Under the pieces are notes generated by a model. The model was not told where the DNA came from. It was given only the letters and a program-made list of their open reading frames with translations, and made no database searches. Shown here one piece after another: positions 36,701 through 46,392 of a stretch of 46,392 nucleotides of DNA; the stretch's first letter is position 1; every line of letters begins with the position of its first letter. The DNA is taken from NCBI RefSeq assembly GCF_004010195.1, contig NC_057759.1:461903-508294 (forward strand), read 5' to 3'. This DNA is from Chiloscyllium plagiosum. Lineage: Eukaryota. The position numbers were made by a program, and so were the translations under genes.

Positions 36701-39017
36701 TAGTGAACGGTGTCCAGCAGGGCTCTGTCCTTGTGTCTCTGCTCTTTGTAGTTTCTAATAAATGACTTGGATGAGGAGGTTGAGGGGTGGATTAGTAAAT
36801 TTGCCGATTGCAAAATTGGAGGTGCCGTTGATAACATCGAGGGCTATTACAGGCTGGAGCGCGACATAGACAGGATGCAAAGCTGGGCTGAGAAATGGTC
36901 AATGGAATTCAACCTGGATAAATGTGAAGTGATGCATTTTGGAAGGGCGAACTTGAATACTGAATATAAGATTAAAGAAACGATTCTTGGCAGTGTGGAG
37001 GAACAGAGGAATCTTAGTGTTCAAGTGCATCGATCCATCAAAGTTGCCACCCAAGTGGATAGGTTTGTTAAGAACACATACGGTATTTTGGCTTTCATTA
37101 ACGGGGGATCCAATTTAAAAACCGTGAGGTTTTTATGCAGCCCTACAAGACCGTGGTGAAACCATATTTGGAATAATGTGTCCAGTTCTGATCGCCCTAT
37201 TATAGGAAAGATACAGAAACTTTGGAGAGAGTGCAAAGAAGATTTGCTAGGGCGTTGCCTGGACTGCAGGGCTTGTCTTACGAAGAGAGGTTGACTAAGC
37301 TCTGACTTTTCTTTCTGGAGAGAAGGAGGAAGAAAGGTGACCTGATCGAGGTATACAAGGTAATGAGAGGCTTGGATAGAGTCAATATCAAGAGACTTTT
37401 CCCCAGGGTAAGATTGATTGGCACGAGGGGTCATAGTTTTAAGATATTAGGAGGAAGGTATAATGGAGACGCCAGAGGTAGGTTCTTTACGCAAATAGAT
37501 GTGATTACATGTAGTGTGTTGACAGCAGTGGTGGTGTATGCATTCATTAGAGACATTTAAGCGACTGCTGTGCATGCACATGGACAGCAATGAATGGAGT
37601 GATGCGTGGGTTAAGTTATTTTATTTTAGATTAGGAATAATCCTCGGCACAACATGGTGGGCTGAACGGCCTGTTCTGTACTGTCCTTTTCAATGTTCTA
37701 TGTTCTATATTTCAATTAACAGTGGCCCTAGCACTGATTCCTATGGAACACCACTTGTCACCTTTCTCCATTTCGAGAAACTCCCTTCAATTACTACTCT
37801 CTGTCTCCTGTTGCTCATCCAGTTCTTTATCCACATAGCTAGAACACCCTACACATAAAGAGACTTAACTTTCTCCATTAGTTTATCATGGGGAACCTTA
37901 CCAAACGCCTTACTAAAGTCCATGTAAATGACACCTACAGCCCTTCCTTCCTCTATCAACTTGGTCACTTCCTCGAAGATCTTTAATAAGTTGGTAAGGC
38001 ATGATCTACCCCGCACAAAACCATGTTGTCTATCAATGATAAACCCATTCTATTCCAAATAAACATAGATAATATCCCTCAGTACATTCTCCAGCAACTT
38101 TCCCACCACTGTCATCAGGCTCACTGGTCTGTAGTTACCTGGACTATGCCTACTAACCTTCTTGTACAGGAGGAAAACATGGAGAACCCTCACCTGTGTT
38201 TAAGGATGCTACAAAGATATCTGTCAGGGCCACAATTGTTTCCTCTCTCGCCTCCCACAGCAACCTGGAACAGAGCCCATCCGGTCCTGCGGATTTGTTC
38301 ACCTTAATATCTTTTTGCCGACCCACAACATCTTCCCTCCTTATGACAACACAATCTAGAGTAAACAAACTTCTATCTCTAATCTCAGCATTCATCAACT
38401 CCCGTTACTCAGTGAACACTGATGCAAAGTAATAATTGAGAATCTCACCCATTTTCCAGGTTCGGCACACAACCTTCCTTCGTTATGCTTTAGTGAAACA
38501 TTGTTTCTCTGGTTACCCTCTTGCTTCTTATGTAAGAATAAAAGGCCTTGGGATTCTCCTTAATTCTGCTCGCTAAAGTTATTTCATGATGCCTATTAGC
38601 CCGCTTGATTCCTCGTTTAAGATTGGCCTTAATCTCCTGATATTCCTCCAAGGCCCGTTTTGTTCTTAGCTGCCTGGACGTTAAGTACGCTTCCCTTTAC
38701 TTCTTGGCTAGTCGTACAATTTCTCCTGTCATCCCCGGTTCACGAATCTTGCCTTTCTTATCCCTTGTTTTCAAAGGGACATGGCTATTTGTACTATCTT
38801 TAACCGATCTTTGAAAGCCTCACACATCAAATGTTGACTTTCCTTCAAATAGCTGTGTCCAATCCACATCTCCCAGCTCCTGCCTCATTTTGATATAATT
38901 AGCCTTGGCCCAAGTACTCGTCCCTTAGGACGACTCTCATCGTTTCCTACGAATATTCTAAAACTTGCACAATTGTGGTCACTATTCCCAAAGAAATCCC
39001 CCACTGCAACTTCTACC
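33800..39017 (-). mobile_element. CR1 LINE host (33800-34750 and 37706-39017) split by an opposite-strand CR1
   Basis: ISKFPDDTKTGDV..QRDLGVQV..KKAYGIL; host sequence resumes at 37706. Confidence 0.9.
34752..37708 (+). mobile_element. 5'-truncated CR1 LINE with near-complete disrupted ORF2 (endonuclease + RT)
   Basis: YDVVAITETW, MGDFNF, LDLVL, GNYRPV, DFSKAFDKVPH, ISKFAD; tail tgttctatgttctat; TATATT on both flanks. Confidence 0.95.
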
Positions 39018-39019
39018 TA

Positions 39020-39440
39020 GTAGATGAGGAGTGTTTGAAAACTCTGGGTCTTTACTCAATGTGGTTTTGAAGATGAGAAAGTGCTCGGATTGAAAGTTAC
39101 CAAGTACTGAGATCTTGATAGAGTGGACATGGAGAAGATGCTTCTTCGAGTAGAATAAATTAGAAACTCAGAGTGAAGGGATGACCCTGTGGATGAGGAG
39201 GATTATTTTCAGCTAGATCAGGGTGAATTGGTTGACCTCATTGCCGCTGAGGGCTGTGGAGGTCAGGTCATTGAGTGACTTTAAGACAGTGATGGACAGT
39301 TCCTTGATTAGTAATGGAACAAGGGTCACGGGGAGAAGGTGATAGAATGGGATTAAGAAACATCTCAATTCTGATCGAGTCATGGAGCAGTCTCGATGGG
39401 TCGAATTGCCGAATTCTACTCCTACATCTTATTGTTTTAT
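39020..39440 (+). mobile_element. CR1 3' fragment
   Basis: ORF2 C-terminus and 3' UTR. Confidence 0.75.
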
Positions 39441-39529
39441 GATATTAGCTTAAGTCTCCTATCCTAGACTAATTAGTATGAATGTAACAATTCCAAATGG
39501 CAAACAATTTATGATTGGAGCAGGAGGAA

Positions 39530-40040
39530 TCAGTCAGGACTACAATAGAATATTTCCCACTTGCCTAGAAGGTTGCAGCTCCAATAACACTCGAGAAACT
39601 CGAGACCATCAGAGACAAAGAAACCCCTCCCTGACTGGCATCACATCCTCAAACTTCCATTCTCTCCACCACTGACGCTCAGTAGCAGCCGTGTGTAATA
39701 TCTACAAGGTGCAATGCAGAAATTCTCCGTAGATCCTCAGACAGCACCTTACAAACCCACGACGTTTTCCATCTGGAAAGGCAAGGGAACCACTCCCTGC
39801 AAGTACCCCTCTGAGCCACTTATCATCCTGACTCGCAAGTAGATCGGCCATTTCTTCAGTGTCACGGGGTCAAAATCCTGGAATTCTCTCCCCAATGGTA
39901 TTGTGGGTTTACGTATACGACAGGGCTTGCTGTGACTCGAGAACACAATTTTCCATCACTTTCTCGAGGGGGCAATTAGGGACTGAGGCTATAAATACTG
40001 GGCCCAGCCAGTAACAGCCATGGCTCACGAGTGAATAAAC
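39530..40040 (+). mobile_element. Second non-LTR family (CR1/L2 group) 3' part
   Basis: 'SLHH*RSVAAVCNIYKVQCRNSP' and ggcaattaggg..ataaat.ctgg tail. Confidence 0.75.
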
Positions 40041-40846
40041 TCGGAAAGAATGCTTTATTTCTTGTTTCAGAACAATCTATCCATTCAAATATACATCTTT
40101 CAATATATTAAGGAGCTTTGTCTTAGAGATTCCCCAAGGTTCCTTTAAATCACCAAAGTTTGGAGAGGGGTGAAAAATGAGAGATTTCCCCATCTTATCT
40201 CTTCATGACCAGAATAAAAGCAAAGTCCTCGAGGAGGAACATGTTTTGTGTGCCACTCCTAAGCTCATAAAATGCTGCAATGAAATCAGAAGGTGACCGA
40301 AGCATGGAAGAGGACAATTTGAATTCTGGAGTCTATGGAAACCTACTATCTAAAGTGGAAGACTAAGCTGTGAAACTAAACAAACAGAGAAAAAAAAATC
40401 TCTATAGCATACTACTCAAACCTGACAGCTATCGCCTTGCCTTATTAGTGGGGCAGACCCAAATTTCTACTGGTGGACATATGCTCCACAAATTGTCAAC
40501 CGAATCAGTGATGGGGGAGGTGCGTATTTTGAAGAGGAGTCTTGAATTCTGTGTTCAGCTGCACACATTGATTTTTGTTCAGAGCTCCTTGCCAATGCCG
40601 CGTGGGAGAGGCCTCTGTAGACAGTCTCGAAGCCATTCGCTCTTTCTTCGAATTAAGTACAGGATATTAATGCATTCCACATTATGATAACATCCCTTCA
40701 AACTTACACATCTGAATGGACAATCAATCAATGATGTACAGCTTCATGGGCAGCCCTCCATCTTTCTGTATTCTTATGATGTTTGTGAGACACCGATATC
40801 TCACAACCCATCTTGCAAGCTCCCATTAACCATCCTTCCTGCTATC

Positions 40847-41068
40847 AAATGTGTTGCTGGAAAAGCGCAGCAGGTCAGGCAGCATCAAAGGAGCAGGAGA
40901 ATCGACGTTTCGGGCATAAGCCCTTCTTCAGGAAGCCCGGTCCTGAAGAAGGGCTTATGCCCGAAACGTCGATTCTTCTGTTCCTTTGATGCTGCCTGAC
41001 CTGCTGCGCTTTTCCAGCAACACATTTTTCTTCTCTAATCTCTAGTATCTTTTGTCCTCACTTTCTCC
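40847..41068. mobile_element. Young Penelope pseudo-LTR palindrome with target duplication
   Basis: 87-bp arms 40847-40933 and 40941-41027 (2 mismatches); TCCTTCCTGCTATCAA at 40833-48 and 41066-81. Confidence 0.92.
40939..40974 (+). ncRNA. Minimal type I hammerhead ribozyme-like motif; mirror copy on the minus strand at 40900-40935
   Basis: CTGAAGA-A-GGGC(TTAT)GCCC-GAAA-CGTC. Confidence 0.6.
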
Positions 41069-41089
41069 TTCCTGCTATCAAGCCTCCCT

Positions 41090-41390
41090 GTTATCACTGT
41101 CGCCTCACAGTGCTATGGACCCGAGTTTGAATCCAATCTTGGGTGTCGGTCTGTGTGTTGTTTACACATTCTCACCATGTCTGCGTGGGATTCCATTGGC
41201 TGCTCTGGTTTTCTCCCACAGATACACAGGCTACCTTCATTGAGTATGGTCAATTACCTTGTAGTGTGCCATGTGATGTGGGTTAACCATGGTATATGCA
41301 GAGATATGGAGACATGGTGGGATGCTCTTTGGAGGGTTGGTGACATCTTGATGACCTAAATATCTTATTTCTGTACTGTAGGGATTCTAC
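41090..41390 (+). mobile_element. HE1 SINE, old copy
   Basis: gcctcacagtgc..gagtttgaatcc and V core. Confidence 0.8.
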
Positions 41391-42185
41391 GAATTGCTAT
41401 CAAGAACATACCAGTACTAACATAGTTCAAACCTTACCTCTGCCAGCAGGTCAGCGCTTTCTCTTTACTATCTACAACCATTCGTATAAAGGAATTCAGC
41501 TAAACGCTTAACGTTAATTGCACGTCGAATTTCAGTATACCTGCATGAATTATATGTCATGGGAATTACCTGAATAGTCTTTGATTTCTTTTCACACTAA
41601 ATAACACGTTTTAAGCAAGCCTGCTAAAAGGTTGACATCAGAGGTCCACTGATCAGAAATGCCTGCTGTCGCTATTTGTCACCAAGATTCCCTGACGACG
41701 TTTTCTGGCTGTGTTCAGCAAGCAATTTTCGTCGGCCATCTTATGTCCATCGTATGTGGAGAAAACGGCGGACTGGCATTTTATGGTTAGGTTTATTTAT
41801 GGGCAGCACCAACAGAGTCAAAATCTCAATGTGGAAGAGTGGAGTTCGCATCAGTAGTTTCTATGTTTTGGCGGGACAGACTTGATTCGCTGAGGAGCCG
41901 CTACTATACTGTTTGCTTCTGTGATTCGGTGATACCACAACGTTCAGTCCCTATGACCTGGAGCTACTGCCTAGTCTCGTTGCACATACATAATGATGCA
42001 TTAAGTACATATATTTGTAAACCACTGTTATTGACGGCTGAATATTTCATATCAGGGATGGAAAGGAAATCTACACAAACATAAGGAAAGCATTGATTCA
42101 TAAAACTCTTTCTTGGCGATAATGAAGTTCTTCATGTGTTTACTGGCTGTTAAATTTTTCTTTGCAATTCTGCAGCATGGGCAGA

Positions 42186-42505
42186 TGGTGACCTAATGCT
42201 ATTCTTGGTGGAATATTGAACCAGAGACTCTAGTATTGTCTGGGCGACTCAAGTTTGAATCCCACCACGGCAGATGGCGGAATATCAATGCTACATAAAC
42301 CTGGAATTAGGAATCTAATGATGACCGTGAATCAACTGTTGGACAAATCCACTTGGTACACTCATGCCCTTTTGGGAAGGGGACTGCTATCCTTACCTGG
42401 TCATTCCTGTATGTAACGACAAACACACAGCCAAGTGATTCGCTCTTAACTGCCCTCTGTGAGCAATTAATGCTGATCCTGTGAACGATGCCTCCGTCCC
42501 ATGAT
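42186..42505 (+). mobile_element. tRNA-derived SINE (non-HE1 family)
   Basis: B box agtttgaatccc; tail resembles that of the second LINE family. Confidence 0.65.
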
Positions 42506-42564
42506 TTTTTTTAAAAAAGTCATTAGGATGAGAAGATCTGTCAAATCATTGAAATGTGTCGGTT

Positions 42565-42695
42565 TACTTACAGCACATGGACTGCAACAGTTGAAGATGA
42601 CAGCTCCCACCATCTTCTCCAGGGGTGGGAGGGAGGCAACTCTGGAAGGGGGACATAATGGTGGGCCGAGATTCCATCATTCCATGAATGAATTA
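42565..42695 (+). mobile_element. Second LINE family 3' tail
   Basis: cagcacatggactgcaacagttgaagatgacagctc. Confidence 0.7.
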
Positions 42696-42764
42696 AAAAT
42701 AAATAGAAGCAAGTCAACTTCCACGTGTTTATTTAACTTTACTCTCTCTGTTGTTCCACGGTAA

Positions 42765-43655
42765 AACAGAACATAAACAGAACAGAAGAACCTCTTCAGC
42801 CCAATGAGTCTGTGTTGCCAGAGATATTCTTTGTCTATGGCAGTCCGAAACACTGGTAAGACCATAAGAAATAGAAAAGAAAGTAAACCATTTGGCCCCT
42901 GCAGTTTGGGCTGCCTCATCAATTATTTATCCAAATGCTTTTTAGAAGTTGGGTCCTTTTCCACCTCAACTACCCTTCCAGGCCGTGCATTGCACAACCC
43001 CCCACTCTCTTGTGAAACAATCTAACGACCACCCTCTCCTCTAAATCTGATACGTTTCACATTCAAACTATGGAAATTAAACTTTAATTCAAGTGAACCA
43101 TATAGCTTCTTAACTTTACTGTTAATATGTGTTGCCACCTTCTAAGATTTGTGGATAAGCACCCCAACATCGTTCTTTTCCTCTGTGCTTCTTAGTGCTT
43201 TTCCATTAATTGAATGCTGCCTTATCTTGTTTCTTCTTCCAAAGTGCACCACATCCCATTTATCTGAATTAAACTTCATCTGCCCATCTACAATGTTCAG
43301 TTCTTTAAGAGTTCACGGATTGCCTTTTGCGATAAATGCAGGATCTTCCCATCTGACCAATCTGTCTATGTCTAATTGTAATCCAACAACTCCCTGCTCT
43401 CTCAGCCAATTGACATACCATACACAAAACCTACTTATCATCTCTCACAATTTCTCATTGAAATAGTTCATGAATATTGCAAACAATAAGGGAGCGATGC
43501 ACTGAAGGCTTTGGTACTCCAATGGACACTGGTCTTTAGTCATACAGCCTTCCTCCACGCCATCACCATCACACCTCCAACTTCTGCCACGAAGCTAGTT
43601 TTGAATCCAGCTCGCAAATGGACTGCGGATCCCATGTGCTTTTACCTCCTTTCTT
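42765..43655 (-). mobile_element. Old CR1 fragments
   Basis: Reverse-complement RT motifs. Confidence 0.7.
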
Positions 43656-43714
43656 AGTAATGAATGAAGACGGAACAACCTTCTGCTTGTTGTGACAATG
43701 GTTCTTCCTGTTGG

Positions 43715-44600
43715 AACAATGTGTGGAATACTGGGTAGCAAGGAAGGTTATTTATGATTACAAAAGGAACTTGATCAATTTGGAAAATGGACCAAGAATT
43801 GGTAAATGAAGTTAATTTTAAACAAGTAGTGTTGTATTTCAGTAAGCAAACCAGGATAGGACTCATACATTTGCTGGTAGGGCCATGGCGAATGTTGTCG
43901 AACACAGAGACCTTAATGGTACATGTATATAGTTCCTGAAATGCTGTGTCCCAGGTCGACAGTGTGCTAAAGAACGCATTTAGCATGCTGGCCTTCATTG
44001 CTCAGATCATTGAGGATGGGAGTTGAAAGGTTATGCTGTCGCTTTACAGGATATTGGTGAGGTCACTTTTAGAATGCCGCATTCAATTCTGTTTTCCCTG
44101 TTGTAGGAGAGATATTATTAAATTAGAAAGGGTGCACAAACGATTTATAAGCATGTTGCCAGAAATGCAGGGTTTGAGTTATAGGGCGAGGCTGGATAAG
44201 CTGGGATGTTTTTCATTGCAGAGGAGGTTGAGGGATGACCTGATATAGGTTTAAAAATTTACGTGGGGCATAAATAAGGTGAATATCCCTGGTCTTTCCA
44301 CAGAGTAGGGGCTTTCAAAATTAGAGTGCATAAATTGATTGTGAGAAGAGAAATATCTTAAACGGATGCGAGGGACTACTTTTTCACACAGAGAGTGGTT
44401 CATATGATGAATGAACTGCCAGAGGAAATGTAGAGGTGTATATAATTACAGCAACTAAAAGGCATTTGAAAAGGTCCATGAATAGGAAAGTTTTGAAGGG
44501 CCAACCAGACACAAATGTGATTTAGTACATTTTGAGCAACCAGACCAGCATGGGCAAGTTGAACTGTTTCTGTGCCCTATGATTCTTTGACTCTATGATC
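43715..44600 (+). mobile_element. CR1/HER1 LINE 3' fragment
   Basis: MLSLYRILVRSLLECRIQF..LERVHKRFISMLP. Confidence 0.9.
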
Positions 44601-45039
44601 TGTGGTGGGATGTACTACCGCCTGGGAAACAAATCTAACTGTTTCAGTGTGACCGTTGTAACCCTGTCTCCAGCCATCTCCGTTGTGGTTCATCCATTTC
44701 AACCACAAATTAGCCTGCAGTACTCATGTGTCTTCCTTATAAAATTGCAATCATGATAGGAAGGAAAAGGCAGAGAGTTTTTTTTTCTGAGCAAAGGCTG
44801 AAAGCAGGAAAAGGGCCATTTGGCATGTCGGCAGCAAAAAAAATCGTTCAATGCGTGCAATTAGCACCTGGAAATGGAACTGCTGCACTGTCTTTTATAG
44901 CACAATGAGTTACTCTCATCTCTACGGAGGTTGTTTTTTTTTTCAAATCTTCGCTCATTGAGCAGTTGCTGAAAATCTGCCTGTTAGTCCTGCTGTTAAA
45001 GTGTTATTCCATGAGTCCATCATTTGACACTGTGACTAA

Positions 45040-45400
45040 GAAACACAGAAAATAGAAGCTGGACTAGGCAATTCAGCCTGCTCATTCAGCAGGATCATCC
45101 AGCTCAGTCCCCTGTCTTAGAGGCTTCTGCCTCTAAGACCTCTATTCAACCCGTTCACCAACAAAATTCAATATTCTGGTGCAAATTATTTTATCTGGCA
45201 AAGAATTCTACACATTTTCCAACCATTGGGTGAAGACATTTCTTCTTGTCTCAGTCCTACACCATCTCCTTTATACTGCAATCCCCTCGTTTTGTATTCA
45301 TCCCCAACCCTCTACCCCACTCCCCAAACACACAAACCACCTCAACCCCCTCCCCTGAATATCCTTTCTATGCTTTTCCCTCTTTTGTCCCAAACTGTCT
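45040..45400 (-). mobile_element. Old CR1 3' fragment
   Basis: aatagaagctggactaggcaattcagcc tail. Confidence 0.6.
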
Positions 45401-45667
45401 AGCATCACAAAGAATATTTTGATAGGTACTAAACTGTGATATTCTGACAAATGCAAGATTTAGCATATTTTTAAAATCATATACAACATTTCATTTCTGA
45501 CGAAGGGAAAATGCATAAGTTTTTTTTGAGAGCAGGTTACATATCTAACTTGATAGTAATACAGTGATAAATATATACAGATTCGAGAGTGTGTTATTGG
45601 GAAAGCATGGACGTGTTGAACCGAAGAGTCTGTTTCCATGCTGTACAACAGTTAGATTTGTTTCCCA

Positions 45668-45986
45668 GGCGGCACGGTGGCACAGTGGTTAGCACTGCTG
45701 CCTCGCAGCGCCAGAGACCCGGGTTCAATTCCCGACTCAGACGACTGACTGTGTGGAGTTTGCACGTTCTCCCCGTGTCTGCGTGGGTTTCCTCCGGGTG
45801 CTCCGGTTTCCTCCCACAGTCCAAAGATGTGCAGGTTAGGTGAATTGGCCATACTAAATTGCCCGTAGTGTTAGGTAAGGGGTAAATGTAGGGGTATGGG
45901 TGGGTTTCGCTTCGGCGGGTTGGTGTGGACTTGTTGGGCCGAAGGGCCTGTTTCCACACTGTAATCTAATCTGTAATCTGTAATCT
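45668..45986 (+). mobile_element. Young full-length HE1 SINE
   Basis: A box GGCACGGTGGCACAGTGG, B box GGTTCAATTCC, V-SINE core, LINE-derived tail, TAATCT repeats. Confidence 0.97.
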
Positions 45987-46006
45987 CCATGACTCTATGA
46001 CTCTAT

Positions 46007-46105
46007 GAAAGCACAGCAGGTCAGGTAGCATCCGAGGAGCAGGAGAACCGACGTTTCGGGCATAAACCCTTCATAAGGAATTAGGCGTGTGGGTTGGGGC
46101 TGAAA
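46007..46105. mobile_element. Penelope pseudo-LTR fragment
   Basis: gaaagcacagcaggtcagg..gacgtttcgggcataaacccttcat. Confidence 0.8.
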
Positions 46106-46107
46106 GT

Positions 46108-46392
46108 GGGCGGCACGGTGGTTAGCACTGCTGCCTCACAGCGCCAGAGACCCCGGTTCAATTCCTGCCTCAGGCGACTGACTGTGTGGAGTTTGCACGT
46201 TCTCCCCGTGTCTGCGTGGGTTTCCTCAGGGTGCTCCGGTTTCCTCCCACAGTCCAAAAGATGTGCAGGTCAGGTGAATTGGCCATACTAAATTGCCCGT
46301 AGTGTTAGGTAAGGGGTAAATGTAGGGGTATGGGTGGGTTTCGCTTCGGCGGGTCGGTGTGGACTTGTTGGGCCGAAGGGCCTGTTTCCACA
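46108..46392 (+). mobile_element. Young HE1 SINE, runs off the window end
   Basis: Near-identical to 45668-45960, with an 8-nt shorter A-box region. Confidence 0.97.

Noticed and set aside
40410..40500. 'LLVGQTQISTGG' as a degenerate Walker A (GREB1-like or helicase)
   Set aside because: Lacks the GK residues, no supporting motifs, and strand is uncertain
42765..44600. Twin-priming inversion of a single CR1
   Set aside because: The opposite-strand pieces overlap in element coordinates and differ in decay, so they are independent insertions
45668..45740. tRNA gene
   Set aside because: A and B boxes belong to the tRNA-derived head of the HE1 SINE

Overview
Repeat-dense vertebrate genomic DNA, almost certainly a shark/ray: it carries HE1 V-SINEs and their partner HER1/CR1-type LINEs. 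No intact protein-coding gene is visible. Much of the window is decayed CR1 LINE, plus Penelope-like elements (a GIY-YIG remnant and palindromic pseudo-LTR fragments with minimal hammerhead-ribozyme motifs), two solo LTRs, SINEs and a decayed minisatellite. Non-repeat signals: (1) an NRF1/CpG promoter at ~5.1-5.8 kb with + strand non-coding exons; (2) a disabled phase-1/1 Ig-domain exon at 9397-9698; (3) a decayed multi-exon minus-strand gene of unrecognised identity whose exons (26581-26299, 14612-14399, 13222-~11608) splice in frame; (4) an ISRE-TATA-Z-DNA module at 24.5 kb. Repeat boundaries are approximate and family names come from motif recognition, not database searches.
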